Shown: in pieces, positions 24,409 through 37,542 of the stretch
How the letters are laid out: every line of letters begins with the position of its first letter
Numbering within the stretch: the first letter of the stretch is position 1
Assembly (NCBI RefSeq): GCF_001194135.2
Contig: NC_069005.1
Span: forward strand, 7,599,797-7,663,796
Source of the DNA: Octopus bimaculoides
Lineage: Eukaryota
Length of the DNA stretch: 64,000 nucleotides
Direction of reading: 5' to 3'
Made by a program: the position numbers and the translations under genes
The notes under the pieces: model-generated
What the model saw: only the letters and a program-made list of their open reading frames with translations
Databases searched by the model: none
Told to the model about the DNA's origin: nothing

Positions 24409-24707
24409 AAGTTTTCTCTACCATTTTTTTTACCGATGGACCCCTTTGTTTCCTATTTTACTCAAATGGACCCTCCTAGCCATTCATTGTTTAAGAAATC
24501 TTATTATATTTTTATAATTAAATATTACCAAAAATTGTATAAAAAATAGTTTAAATATTTTATTTATTGTAGGAGTATAACTCTTTCTCTTACTCTGAAA
24601 GCAACCATAGATGGCAGCACCAAGAGTCATTGGAAGTAAAACCAATTTACAACAAAATCACATATTGGACCCCCAAGAGCCATATGGACTCCGGTTGAGA
24701 ACAACTG
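24409..24707. mobile_element. hAT (Charlie-like) MITE, 299 bp, 8-bp TSD CTCTAATG
   Basis: Right TIR GGTTGAGAACAACTG; eroded left TIR AAGTTTTCTCTACC; TSD at 24401-24408 and 24708-24715. Confidence 0.75.
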
Positions 24708-25349
24708 CTCTAATGTCTGAAAATAAAGACACATTATATACTGTAGTCCTAGGTAGACCTTGACTGAAAATAAGACGGAATGGTGAAGCAACAGAACACT
24801 ATTGGCCATACATCCACTAAACCAGGGCTAACCTTAAGCATCAATACCCTTTTTCTTTCAGCCCCTCATACAAAAATCAGCCATCTCTGCCCCCCTTTAA
24901 AAAAAACCATTTGGCCACTTAAAAGTTTGATGTCATCACAATGGATGACAAGACAGGGATAGGGACCATATATGACCATACACCCTCCGGTCCTTAGCTT
25001 CTGGCTGGATCTCATGAACCCTGTCTGTTTAGCCACTTGTAACCACATTTGGTGGGTGGAAAAGGGTTTCAAAGAAGAAATACGGAGGCGGGGAATTATA
25101 AATGTTCCTTCTTGAAGGGAAAAAATTACCAGAGAGAGAAAGAACCAAAAACAGAGAGAAAGAGGGAGATGGGGGGGGAGACATAAGAAGAGAGATAAAG
25201 AGAGTGAAAGAGAAATAGACAGAAATAAAGAGGGGGAAAGAAAATAGAGAAATAGAAGGGGAGAGACACAAGGAGAGATATAAAGAGGAAAAAGAGAGAG
25301 GGGGAGAGAGAAAGAGAGAGAGGATGATTGGAAAGAAAAGGGTACATAC

Positions 25350-25456
25350 CTGTAACGAGTTACAATATTTAATGGGGTGTATTGGGGGATGAGCTTGATC
25401 TGACTTGTGGCCATTCCTGGGATTTGGACCATCCTCCAAGACACGAGATGCAAAAG
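25350..25456 (-). CDS. TOP3A: TOP3A exon 12: (A)FASRVLEDGPNPRNGHKSDQAHPPIHPIKYCNSLQ
   Basis: SDQAHPPIHP motif; acceptor tgcacag, donor gtatgt; 107 nt. Confidence 0.97.
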
Positions 25457-26533
25457 CTGTGCAAAGAAACATTATTAATCAGACTTCCAGAACTATTAAA
25501 GTGTTAATTAAATGTCTGAGATAAATTGTTGTTGATAAATTTTCAGACTAATAAACCATGTTCTGAGATGAAAAATAAACTGACTTAGCCCTTTAGCATT
25601 TAAACTGGCCATATCCAGCTTTTAACCGGTTATATCCAGATTTAAACCGGTCATATCCAGCTTTTAGGCAGTCATATCCAGCTTTTAGCCAGTCATATCC
25701 AGCTCAAATATTCTACTTGTTTTATGTTCAAATCAGTCAGATCTGACCTTAAGTTTACAGTGAAAAGGTTAAAATGAATTAATTACAATATAAAGTGATT
25801 AAGAAATGTCAAATAAGTCATAATCAGTTTTGTTAATGTAATCATCCTCATCGTTATTGCAATCATTAGTTAAACCTTTCATTGCAAGAATCAGATATAT
25901 ACACTCCAAATTTCAGCACCCTTAACTGCAGAAAGCAGTTTTATATACCAATCTATCTTTTGTTGAGGAATATCATGTTTGAAACTATTGTTTTAAGATG
26001 TGTCAAGTTTAGTGAGGCAATGTGACATGCAAAAAATATCAATTCTATTTTTTGGTAGATATTTAACATTATAAGTGGAATAACCATGAAACTTAATTTC
26101 ATAGTGAAAGGGTTAAAATTAAGTTAATTACAATATAAAGTGATTAAGAAATGTTATCAATGTCATAATGAACTTCGTTAGTGTAATCATCCTCATCATT
26201 GTTGCTATCATTGATTAATCCTTTTACTACAGGAATCAGATATATCCACTCAAAAATCTATGGTACTAAGCAGAATATTTGCAATAACGATATTTCTGCT
26301 TCAGCAACTCAGTGCTGAATCTGTCTGAATTGTAATGGAAAATAGGTCGGTTTCAAAACATTGAAATCCAGGTCAGAAAAGCAAAGTTTGAAGGGAATAG
26401 TAGTCATTTCCTTTGATTGCTAGATAGAAGCAAATAAGGAAATAACATTTACTGACCAAAGATAAAAAAAGAATTAAAATTTTGTTACACAGTGTAATTA
26501 GTGATCAATAAACACGGCCATTTTGCTACATAC

Positions 26534-26714
26534 CACCCCAAGCTGGATCTCCAGTTTGCTTTCTAATCAAAGCATGTAGATCAATTTCTTTGGTAAACAT
26601 ATTTGTTTCTGTCCTTGGGTAGCTGATGATACCCTGAGTATATAATTTTTCAGCAATCCTCATTGTTTCCTTAGCACCAATTTTTAGTTTCCTTGAAGCA
26701 AGTTTCTCAAGTTC
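26534..26714 (-). CDS. TOP3A: TOP3A exon 11 with catalytic tyrosine: ELEKLASRKLKIGAKETMRIAEKLYTQGIISYPRTETNMFTKEIDLHALIRKQTGDPAWG
   Basis: AEKLYTQG.ISYPRTET; catalytic TAC codon at 26621-26619; acceptor cttcag, donor gtatgt; 181 nt. Confidence 0.98.
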
Positions 26715-26729
26715 CTGAAGAATAAAACA

Positions 26730-27085
26730 AAGTTAGCAACATGAAAAGAAATGTTAGTGACATGGACGAGAAAGTTATTGAAACGAAAAAGCAAGTTGGC
26801 AACACAGAAAGGAAATGAGGAACATGGACAAGAAAGTTAGTGGCCTGAAATGGAAAGTTAACAAGGACATTAACAAGATGAATGAGGAAGTTAGCAGCAT
26901 TAACAAGAAAGTTCATGACATGAAAAAGAAAAAAATTAGCAACACAAGGAGGAAGGTTTAGAAACATAATATGGGAAGGTGGTGACATGAAAAGAGGAGT
27001 TAGCAACACAGATAAGAAAGTTGGCAGAATGGAAAGTGTCAGTTAGCAACATGGACACAAAAGTTAGAGGCTTGAAAAGGGAGGT
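26730..27085. repeat. Degenerate 21-bp-period minisatellite (AAAGTTAGCAACATGGACAAG-like)
   Basis: Recurrent AAGTTAG(C/T).ACATG at about 21-nt spacing. Confidence 0.7.
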
Positions 27086-27335
27086 TAGTGGCTGAAAGAG
27101 TCCTTGTGGCGCGCCACACCCGATGGCTGGACATGATTAAAAAAGATCTCCAGTGACTCGACATCATCTTGGACGATGCAGGAGAGGCTGGCATGGGACC
27201 CCCAGCAATGGAGAGCTCTGATGGATAATGGTCAGCTCTATGCATGATAACATCTCTGGGACTACTAACCTGGGAATGACCCCGCCAACCCTATCAAGCA
27301 AGAGCATGAAGCAGGCAAGCAAGCAAAGCAAGCAG
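27085..27335 (+). mobile_element. LINE 3' end remnant with (AAGC)n tail
   Basis: HTRWLDMIKKDLQ.LDIILDDAGEA...WRALMD resembles RTE C-termini. Confidence 0.55.
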
Positions 27336-27533
27336 TCTTAAAATGACATGATAATCACAGCTAGAATGATTTTTGGTCATGTGGCTGCCTGATCAGGAAT
27401 CATCTAGGGTTAAAAAACAATAACAAACAAACTCAGTGGCATAGAATAACCGTCAAGATCAAGTCTTTGAAATACGCAACCACCTTAAGTGACACTGAAA
27501 TAGTTTTGGAGATGAGACAGAAGACAGACTTAC

Positions 27534-27608
27534 CACTGTGTCTAAAGGCTGAGGACGCCATTTACTCTTCTGTCGACTTTTCACATCACAAACAACAGCA
27601 GTTGGAGA
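27534..27608 (-). CDS. TOP3A: TOP3A exon 10: SPTAVVCDVKSRQKSKWRPQPLDTV
   Basis: KSKWRP..LDTV motif; acceptor tttcag, donor gtaagt; 75 nt. Confidence 0.95.
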
Positions 27609-29584
27609 CTGAAATAGAAAAAGCAGTAACCACTGTTTAATGAACCGTTTTTATTGTATGATACAGTGGTGTCTTTTATACACTTTATTCTGCCAGTCCC
27701 TAATTGCAAAATTTAATAATCTGGCTAGTGAACCCTTTTGATAGCAACATGCACAAGACCATCACTGGGTCTATGATACAAACTTCCTGTTTGAAGTGAT
27801 CTAAATTCTTTTCTACTCTAGGCACAAGGCCTGAAATTTTGGGGTAGGGGGCCCGTTGATTAGATCGCCCCCATTACTTTTAAGTGGGGATAAATATTAC
27901 CTTTAATTTTATTTGAATAAAGTGATTCTGGAAGTTTCCATTTTATGATGAGTTGAAATCACAGTAACCAGCACTTTATGTCTACAAATGAATGATGTCA
28001 AAAGACTGTCAAAGTTTAGATTCTCATGTAATTTCATCTCATTACTAGCATTCATCATCATCATCATCATCGTTTAACGTCCGCTTTCCATGCTAGCATG
28101 GGTTGGATGATTTGACTGAGGACTGGTGAAACCGGATGGCAACACCAGGCTCCAATCTAATTAGGCAGAATTTCTACAGCTGGATGCCCTTCCTAACGCC
28201 AACCACTCAGAGAGTGTAGGGGGTGCTTTTACGTGTCTAATTGAGGCCTCTATCAGTCAGGTATGGTTGTATGGTTAAGAAGCTTGCTTCCCAACCATGT
28301 GGTCTTAGGTTCAGTCCCACAGTGTGATTCAGTCCTAGAGGGTATTTGGCTCACAACTGCAAGGTCATGAGTTCAGTTCCTGGTGGTGCATTATGTCCTT
28401 CAGCAAGACACTTTATTTCATTTTGCTCCAGTCCACTCAGCAGGCAAAAATGAGTTGTACCTGTATTTCAAAGGGACAGCCTTGTCACATTTTGTGTCGT
28501 GCTGAATGTCCCTGAGGACTAGATTAAGGGTACATGTGTCTGGGAGTATTCAGCCACTCGCGCTTTAACCTCACAAGCTGGCTGTTCTATTGATCGGATC
28601 AACTGGAACTCTTGTTATCATTACTGAGAGAATGCCAAATTTTGACATTATCCTGTGATTAATCACATGCATTATCTAAAAACTGATCAACATACATTAT
28701 CCTGTGATTGATAATCTACATCAGTCACGAGTAAACAACAGCCTACAGGTCTTTCTGAATGATAAACAAAAAAAAAAAAATTAACTTGAATTTTTTTTAG
28801 TAGAGTGGCCAGTCTGACAATGAGCCATGTCTCATATGGCCCACTTCTCAAAATAGGTTGCCCATGCCTGATCTCCACTAATTGATAACTTAGAGTATCC
28901 TGTGATCCTAGTTACTTAAAGATACTTCAAGGCAAACAGGTGAGTAAGACAGAAGCACTGTGTGTCCTTGCAAGTGTTTTATATCAACAGACCCCAACCT
29001 GCTTTGCACAGGGGCTGGTTTTGTGCCAGACAATTTTTCCAAAACTAGAGAATCACATGCATAAAATGCAATAATTTAATTATTAGGGGAAAAAATAAGT
29101 TCAAAAAAGAACAATTCAAACTTTTTGAGAGGTCCAAAAAGAGAGAAAAGAATGATTTCTAATAAAGATTCATCATATTCATAAAAAACAGTCAGAGTAA
29201 GTAATAAGAATATGAAAATAGTAGTTGAAAAATATCGCTATAGGTATAAATATACCATAAACAATTATAGAAAAATGGAGGAGAAAAAATCTTTTTTTCT
29301 CGTCCATTTTTCTGTAACTGTCTATGGTATTTTCATACTTATAATGATATTTTTCAACTACTAATTTAATTATTACATGTATGATACATTTATAATGTAT
29401 ATATAATGCAAAAACACCCTGCAAACTGTGATAGTAATAAAATAGAAATAAAATTTTTTATACCAAATGATCCACAAGAAGGTATTGGAATGTGACCCAG
29501 TACTGATCAACAGGTTGGTGGTTTGGTACTCCTGGTTTAAATAATACAGATAAATAGATCAAGATATAACATAGAAGTACTTAC

Positions 29585-29639
29585 CTCAAGACAATGTTCA
29601 TAAAAAACCAAACATACCAAATAGTCAAACAGATGTTTT
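29585..29639 (-). CDS. TOP3A: TOP3A exon 9: KHLFDYLVCLVFYEHCLE
   Basis: Matches RLF....CLV.Y..C.E; long pyrimidine tract plus cag, donor gtaagt; 55 nt. Confidence 0.92.
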
Positions 29640-30512
29640 CTGAAAAAAAAAGAGAAAGAGAGGATGAGGAAGAGATAGAAAGAGAGGCAGAGAGTGTCAG
29701 TTATTAGATTAACCCTTATCTTGCTCAAATATTCCAGGTGTTTTATGTTCAAACTGGCTAGATTCAGCCTCTTACAGCTACCCTACACTGTGATTCTAAA
29801 ACTTAACAAACACACCATTGAAATCTCAAAGCTACAAGATAATGCATGATTAATTCAAAACAATGTCGAGCATTGGGCTTCACAGAGGCAATGACCGAGA
29901 CCTTTGTCAGTATGTTGCACTTGAGAAGAAGACCCATCAAGCCAAGCAAAATTGCAGTCGTGGCAGATACTTGTGTCATGCAAATTAGCATGTAAAAGCA
30001 CCCTGGTGTCACACAAATGGCACCCATGCCGGTGGCACGTAACAGCACCCATTACATTCTCGGAGTGGTTGGCATTAGGAAGGGCAACCAGCTGTAGAAA
30101 ACCATGCCAAACCAGACTGGAGCCTGGTGCAGCCTTCCAGCATGCCAATCCAGTCAAACCATGCAACCCATGCCAGCATGGACAACAATGTTAAGTGATG
30201 ATGATGATGGATGGATGTGAATAAAAAAGCATTAATTTTGGCAGGATAATATGAATGCTAAAGGGTTAAACTGGTGTTTCAGGCCTTTGTGCCTCGTGTA
30301 GAAAGGATTATCTAACTGGTGTTTGGAATATAAACAAAACATGAAATTTTGAGGGAAAGTTTAAATTCAGATCACTTTAACGCAAGGAATTCATATCATA
30401 GAACCAAGGGCAGTCTCAGACAGGTCTGCATCAAAAGGTTTATGTCTTTTCAAGGTTGGTCAGACATTAATACAAACAATAACAACAACATCAAAAGTAA
30501 AACCGTATTTAC

Positions 30513-30558
30513 CTTTGCCAAGTGAATTCTGCAACAACGTCATCAATTTTGTGAGTTA
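30513..30558 (-). CDS. TOP3A: TOP3A exon 8: (V)THKIDDVVAEFTWQ(R)
   Basis: Matches the Top3 V.H....V.F.W.R segment; acceptor ttgccag, donor gtaaat; 46 nt, phases fit. Confidence 0.9.
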
Positions 30559-31019
30559 CTGGCAAAATAAATATTTGAAAACTATTAGAGCTGATATAAA
30601 TCTCATTACAAACTTGGCATATCTACAAATGTGTGCTTCCCCACTACAATGACTTTATTTCTTCATAAATTTTAGGGAAAATGGATATTTTTTTAATGAA
30701 ATTCTTTACAAATTCCTTTCACATAATGTAGATTCTGGTTATATGGAAAACTGAGGTGAAATTTTTTTTCAAAAGGAGGGAAAGAAGTTTTGGGTAATTC
30801 ATACAAGTTGACTTTGTTTCCTCATAACTTTCAGAAAAATGGGTATTTTTTAATGAAATTTTCAACAAACACAAAGTGTAAATTACAATTATATTCAAAT
30901 TTAATGTAAAAAACAAAGAAATTGGTGGGCACATACTGACACATAGCACATAACTATAATTTTTTCAAAATTTCAAGTTTAATTTTGGAGAAAATTGATG
31001 TGTGTTAATATAAATGTGC

Positions 31020-31170
31020 ATGAGTGGTTGGCGTTAGGAAAGGCATCCAGCTGTAGAAACTCTGCCAAATTAGATTGGAGCCTGGTGTTGCCATCCGGTT
31101 TTACCAGTCCTCAGTCAAATCGTCCAACCCATGCTAGCATGGAAAGCGGACGTTAAACGATGATGATGAT
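31020..31170 (+). mobile_element. RTE LINE 3'-UTR/tail repeat ending in (GAT)n; representative of many copies (7.9, 10.4, 11.8, 13.3, 15.2, 18.3, 28.1, 30.1, 40.9, 44.9, 56.0, 56.6 kb)
   Basis: GGCGTTAGGAAGGGCATCCAGC...CCAACCCATGCTAGCATGGAAAGCGGACGTTAAACGATGATGATG; an RTE C-terminal peptide KPKRTWDEMVKTDLKPL lies next to the 18.3-18.7 kb copy. Confidence 0.75.
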
Positions 31171-32247
31171 GATTGTGAGCATTCACCAATTTTGTATTTT
31201 TACACATTAAATTCCAATATAATTGTAAGTTACACCATCTGAAAGGTATTTGTAGAATATATCATTAAAAAGTACCGTAAAAACCCATGTAATTTGTGCA
31301 CCAGTGTAATTTATGCAGGTGATTTTCAGGATAAAATTTGTTAAAAAAAGTTTCTACTCATGTAAAATTCGCACCTAAAAGTTTTCAGAATTGTTGATAT
31401 AGCCAGGGGAAAGAGGTTTCCAGTTTAGTTGTATTTAGCATAAGTTCACTTACTTATGATTAGATTTTATTAAATTTTCATTAGATAAAAATAATTTCTG
31501 TTTAACAGGTATCACATTGGAAGCTATTAAATTGCAAAGTGTTCGTGTTGTTTATAATAAACTTTATTTTACATTTCTGGCCCACAAGAGAATATGTCCA
31601 ATCTTTACCATACTGCTGTATGTTTTCTCAAATCATGATCACAGGAAAAGTTGTTGATAAGAATTACCAACAAAAATGCTTTGTTTTTATACCTTACATA
31701 AAACCTGATACCTGTCTAATAAAAAATAAAATACAAATGGAAGATTTGTATTCTATTTAATCAAAACATGATGTCATAGGTGAGGACTGATTTTGTACTT
31801 TTCTCATGGTATTATGTACAAAAGAAATTATTAAAAATTTATACAAAACTACATTTAGGATATATGTATAAACTATATTACAAAATGTAAATAAATGTTG
31901 TAGTTTAGATTTAGATCTCATTCCTAAGTTGTTGTATTTTATAGATTCAGATATAAAAATACTCAGAAATCACCCCAAAAAATCTAGAATCTGAAACACT
32001 TGTGATCCCAGGAAATTCAGACAAGAGATTCTCAACTGTACTTGGAAAAGTATACTTCACTGATGAAGTTATAATAACACTGAAACGAGGTAACTAATCA
32101 AAATGCTCGACATTGACCAAGAGGCAGATCACAGATATATCTTGCCCCCCCCTCCCACACCAAAGCACACTTCCATCTTGTGAGGGAACAGAAGTTGTCT
32201 GTGAGTAATACATTTGTTTTTGACAAGTGACTGTAATCTAGACTCAC

Positions 32248-32418
32248 CTTTTAACTTCCAGAATGGTTCAGCAATGAAGGCTTCGACCTGCTTGTAGCGT
32301 TCGACAACAAAGCCCAGGGTAGGGAACTGACAGCTGCCATAGCTAATAAGGTGTTCAGCAAGGACTTCAGGGAAAACTTTCTGAAGTCGTAGTGTCTGAA
32401 AACGAGTGAAGGCCGCAC
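32248..32418 (-). CDS. TOP3A: TOP3A exon 7: GAAFTRFQTLRLQKVFPEVLAEHLISYGSCQFPTLGFVVERYKQVEAFIAEPFWKLK
   Basis: GAAFTRFQT and SYGSCQFPTLGFVVER motifs; acceptor cctag, donor gtgagt; 171 nt. Confidence 0.98.
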
Positions 32419-32653
32419 CTAGGTATGAGGATAGAAAAACAAAATCATAATTGTCTGAGGTAGGGTTTAACTGGTGGCACCAGTCAATACTGTGTTCACC
32501 CCATACAATTATCAATACTACATCTTGCAAAGATGAGGCATCCTGTTACTTGGTGATGTCACTAGTGTCAGTGCCACCTAAAAATCATCCAGTATACTCC
32601 GTAAAGGGGTTGGCATCAGGAAGGGCATCTAGCCATAGAAACTATGCCAAAGT

Positions 32654-32882
32654 GGCGAGCTGGCAGAATTGTTAGCGCATCAGGCGAAATGCTTAGCAGT
32701 ATTTCATCTACCATTACGTTCTGAGTTCAAATTCCACCGAGGTCGACTTTGCCTTTCATCCTTTCAGGGTCAATAATTTAAGTACCAGTTACGCACTGGA
32801 GTCGATGTAATCGACCTAATCCCTTCGTCTGTCCTTGTTTGGCCCCTCTATGTTTAGCCCCTTGTGGGCAATAAAGAAATAA
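32654..32882 (+). mobile_element. SINE family C copy
   Basis: Same head and AAAGAAATAAGAAA tail as the 8983-9214 element. Confidence 0.8.
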
Positions 32883-33525
32883 GAAACTATGCCAAAACGG
32901 ACATTGAAACTTGGTGCACTCCTTTGGTTCATTGGCCCCTGTAACCATCCAGCATGGAAAACAGATGTTAGCCTATTTGTTAACCTATTTCTGTTGAGAT
33001 ACTCTATGTTTATTTCAATTAATTTTAACCCTTTAGTATTCAGATTACTCTGTCAAATGTAATGTTTGTTTATTTATGTTGTTTTGAATTAACCATGCTT
33101 TGAGGTTTCAATGATGTGATTGTTTAGTTTTAGAATAACTTTGGAGGGTTGAGGAGAGACGCCACATCTGGTTGGTTTCAACATAAAACTGTTTTGAATA
33201 TTCTGACCAGATATGGCCAGTTTGAATGCTAATGAAGAATTTAGTAAAATATCTTTGTTATTATTAAGATGGTGTTAGGAACATAAATTAAGACTAAGTT
33301 TTGGTGGAAGATTTTAATTCAGAACTTTTGAAAGCAAGACATTTGTACTACAGATCTGGGTTGGTCTCGGGCAGGTTGGTATCGAAAGGGTTAAACAATG
33401 ATGATGGGATCAATAAGGGCCAATCCAGTACTTAGGTCTATCTCATAGCTTATACTCCTCCAAGAAAATTTTCAGGTGGAGTGGAGGCCAATAAAATATG
33501 TCCTAGTCAGCAACTGTTGAATCTA

Positions 33526-33726
33526 CGAGGGGTGCTGAAACATTCCTGGTTTTGGGTAAAAGAAAATATAGGGGGATCAGTTAATTATGATTCTATTCAA
33601 CATTCCCCCCCGCCTCCCAATTCACACACTTGTAGCAGTCCTTCAGTTTTTCTAAGCCCTATAAAAGAGCTCCAACCAGGCCTTTCATGAAATCCTTAAA
33701 GCCAGGAACTTTTCAGTACCCCCTTG
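33526..33726. mobile_element. Mariner-type MITE, TA-flanked
   Basis: TA|CGAGGGGTGCTGAAA...TTTCAGTACCCCCTTG|TA inverted termini. Confidence 0.7.
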
Positions 33727-34675
33727 TATCTAACCAATTATCCCCTTCCCATAAAATTCACTAGTTGTCTGTGTTAGACACCATGATCATTCAAAATCTA
33801 CCAAGGTGGACTTTGCCTTTCATCCTTTCGGTGGGGAGGGTTAATAAAATAAGTACAGTCAAGCACTGTGGGCCAATGTAACTCACTTGCCCCCCCCCCT
33901 AAAATTTCAGGCCTTATGCTTATAATAGAAACAATTATTATGATAACGGGGAAAAAGGTGACTCACTGGCAGAACTGTTAGCATGCTGGGCAAAATACTT
34001 AGTGGCATTTCATCTGTCTTCATGTTTTGAGTTCAAATTCTGCCAAGGTCAACTTTGCCTTTCGGGGGAGTCAATAAAATAAGCACCAGTTGAGCACTGT
34101 GGTTGATGTAATCAACTTACCCCCTGGTAAGCTGATTACATGTTGATCTTGTGCCAAAATTTGAAATCATTAAGATGACAGAGAAAATATCTACTTGCCT
34201 TAAATGGTGATTCTAGAACCAACATGATGAAGGTCAGAGTCATATTCTAACAAATGGGAAAAAAAAAAGTCATAGTCATTTTAACCCAGTTAACCCTGTC
34301 GAAATTTTGAACGTAGTTAACAAACATATGGTAGCGTCCAGTTAACCACTATTGCAGTAAATAAACCAAATACAATGGTTAAATAAATACAACAAGCACT
34401 ATTTTACATCAGTTAACCTTTATTGCAGTAAACAAACCGAATACAACTCTTCTAATTAAGGACAGTGGGTTAAAATGGGTTAATAAAATCTCTTTCAAAA
34501 ATTTTTAATTATTTTTAAAATTGATTAAAAGTATTTAAAAAAAAAAGAATTTGAGGAACTACATATTCATGCTGTATCTTAATGAATGCAAAAAGTTATT
34601 TTTCCAAAAAGCTCTTCCAAAATTCTACCGACTTTGCCAACCAAATTAGTTTTAAATGCTAAAAGATTTACTAAC

Positions 34676-34767
34676 CAATTCGAAGGTCAAGCTCCATTCT
34701 AGCATCAACAGCTCTAGAAACATTTTCATCAGGAGCAACAAGATTTTGGCAGGCACGATTCACAGCT
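34676..34767 (-). CDS. TOP3A: TOP3A exon 6: AVNRACQNLVAPDENVSRAVDARMELDLRI(G)
   Basis: AVD.R.ELDLRIG motif; acceptor ttgacag, donor gttagt; 92 nt. Confidence 0.95.
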
Positions 34768-34852
34768 CTGTCAAAAAATGGAAAGATTTTAAGAGAAGCC
34801 ATTTGTATTAAAAATTTATAGTTATCTATCAATCGATTCGTTTTTTTTTTGG

Positions 34853-35172
34853 ACTTGTTTCAGTCATTTGACTGCGGCCATGCTGGAGCACCGCCTTTAG
34901 TCGAGCAAATCGACACCAGGACTTATTCTTTGGAAGCCTAGTACTTATTCTACCGCTAAGTTACGAGAACATAAACACACCACCATCGGTTGTCAAGCGA
35001 TGTTGGGGGAACAAACACAGACACACAAACATATATATATACAAATATACGGCAGGCTTCTTTCAGTTTCCATTTACCAAATCCACTCACAAGGCTTTGG
35101 TCGGCCCGAGGCTATAGTAGAAGACACTTACCCAAGGTGCCACGCAGTGGGAATGAACCCGGAACCATGTGG
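34853..35172 (-). mobile_element. SINE family A copy (reverse)
   Basis: Reverse complement of the family A body and tail. Confidence 0.8.
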
Positions 35173-35344
35173 TCAATTTTGCCTTTCATCCTTTTGGGGC
35201 TGATTAAACAAGTACCAGTTGAATACTGGGGTGGATGTAATCAACTCACCCACTCCCCAGAACTTGCTGGGCTTGTGCCAAAAGTTAAAACCAATATGAT
35301 AATTATTCACAGAGGCAAAAGTGGTAGAGTTTCTTTCGAGCAAT

Positions 35345-35740
35345 GGGCCCCATGGAGGCAAAGTGGCTGAGTCCCTTTCGAGTGTTAGGCCTCATGGAGG
35401 AAAAGTGATTGAATCCCTTTCAAGTGTTGGACCTCACAGAGGAAAAGTGGCTGAGTCCCTTTCGAGTGTTGGGTTTCATAGAGGAAAAGTGGCTGAGTCC
35501 CTTTCGAGNNNNNNNNNNCAGTTGAATACTGGGGTGGATGTAATCAACTCACCCACTCCCCAGAACTTGCTGGGCTTGTGCCAAAAGTTAAAACCAATAT
35601 GATAATTATTCACAGAGGCAAAAGTGGTAGAGTTTCTTTCGAGCAATGGGCCCCATGGAGGCAAAGTGGCTGAGTCCCTTTCGAGTGTTAGGCCTCACAG
35701 GAAAAGTGGCTGAGTCCCTTTCAAGTGTTGGGCTTCACAG
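35345..35740. repeat. Minisatellite of about 36-37 bp (GGAAAAGTGGCTGAGTCCCTTTCGAGTGTTGGGCCTCACAGA-like), collapsed at a 10-N gap
   Basis: Repeated AAAGTGGCTGAGTCCCTTTC(G/A)AGTGTT units. Confidence 0.8.
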
Positions 35741-36061
35741 AAGCAATGACCAAGACCTTTGGCATTATGTCATGCTTGAGAAGACTCATCAAGCCGAGTA
35801 AAATTGCAGTTGTGGCAAATACCGGTGTCACATAAATGGCACCCATGCTGGTGGAACATAAAAGCACACATTACACTCTCGGAGTGGTTGGCATTAGGAA
35901 GGACATCTAGCCATAGAAAACCATGCAAAATCAGTCAGGAGTTCTGTGCAGAGCCCTGGTCAAACCGTCCAACCCATGCCAGCATGGACAACAGACACTA
36001 AATGATGATGATAATGAAAGAGACAGAAATGAGGAAATACAAGTTAGATTTGTGTACTTAC

Positions 36062-36113
36062 TGTGGAGTTATTTCTGAAAACTTTGCCCGGTAAATGCTT
36101 ATATTAGGTTTCA
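36062..36113 (-). CDS. TOP3A: TOP3A exon 5: (V)KPNISIYRAKFSEITP(Q)
   Basis: RA.FSEITP motif; acceptor ttaacag, donor gtaagt; 52 nt, phase 1 to 2. Confidence 0.93.
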
Positions 36114-36700
36114 CTGTTAAAACAAAAGACATAAAAAGCATATGACATTGTTGGAAAATATTTCCGCAACTTTGAAGATCATTAAGATGAAATTTTTAAT
36201 TTTAAAGGGATAATGAATTAACTGCTAAGACTTAAATGCAAATGATATAACTGTTTGGTTAAGACACTTGATTTTCAACCATGCGGTTTAGAGTTCAATC
36301 CCACTGCATGGCAACCTTGGGCAAGACTCTTCTACTATAGCCCCAGCCAGACCAAAGCCTTGTGAATGGATTTGGCAAAGAGAAACTGAAAGAAGCCCAA
36401 CATATATGTGTGTGTGTGTGACTGCAACACCCTAACCACTAGGTACATGACCTAGTGAATAGGGTGTGTTCTTAAGCAAGACATTTCATTTCATGTTTCT
36501 CTGCAATCATTCTGACATCTGACATATGGTACACTTGTGCACCTGTACAGGAGGCATCGATTTTATGGAGGAAATGAGCTAATGCCAACCAAAACATTTT
36601 AACACTATACACAAATTGACTGTGCAGTTGTTCAACAAGATGACAACACAACACACAGCCTGGTCCACAAATCAAACTCTAACCACTGAGACATGCACCT

Positions 36701-36764
<64 letters not shown>

Positions 36765-37542
36765 TAGTCACTCACCATATCGAGGTTCACCTATCACGGT
36801 TTATTATCTTAAGCTTACGTCGATTCCTCTGTTGTGTTGTTGTGCATTTATAATAAAATAAATTCTTTTACTTGTTACAGTCATTTGACTGCTGGAACCC
36901 TCAATATCGTAACTGAGAGAGTGCCAGTTTTTGTGGACAATGGACTTATGCAATCTTTAGATGGGAAGCTTTTTGGCATTTACTCCAGCACTCTGTGAGT
37001 TCAAATCCTACCGTGGCTTACTTGGCTTAGAGGTTTAATGTATCTCCCAGTTCAACTTTTAGCAAAACAATTCATCATTAATTAACCTTTTAGTAATCAT
37101 GTTATTCTGTCAAATGTAAAGCTTATGGATTAATATTGTTTTGAATTAATCCTGCATTATCTCGTAGCTTTGAGATTTTGATGATGTGGTTATTTAGTTT
37201 TAGAAATACATTGTAGGGAGGTGTGAGGGGCCAGATCTGACCAGTTTCAACATGAAACAAGTAGAATATTTGGGCTTGATCTAGCTGGTTTAACCCTTTA
37301 GCGTTCAGATTACTCTATAGAATGTGATGATTATTTATTCACATTGTTTTATTAATTAATCATACATTATCAAAATTTCAATGATGTGATTGGTTAGTTT
37401 TTAGAATGACATTGTAGGATAAGTGTAAGAGGCCAGATATGTCCAGTTTGAACCTAAAACAAGTAAAATATTTGGGCCAGTTTAAATGTTAAGTTTGCTC
37501 TTTGTGAGAGCAACTGTTTTAAAATAGTCATTAAAAATTTAC

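Noticed and set aside
24866-25140. Complex-looking ORF segment as the missing RLYEFIVRHF exon
   Set aside because: None of the frames I read gives the conserved peptide.
35219-35700. Apparent direct duplication of about 170-180 bp either side of the 10-N gap at 35509-35518
   Set aside because: A near-exact copy flanking a minimal gap is typical of unmerged contig overlap, so it is treated as an assembly artefact.
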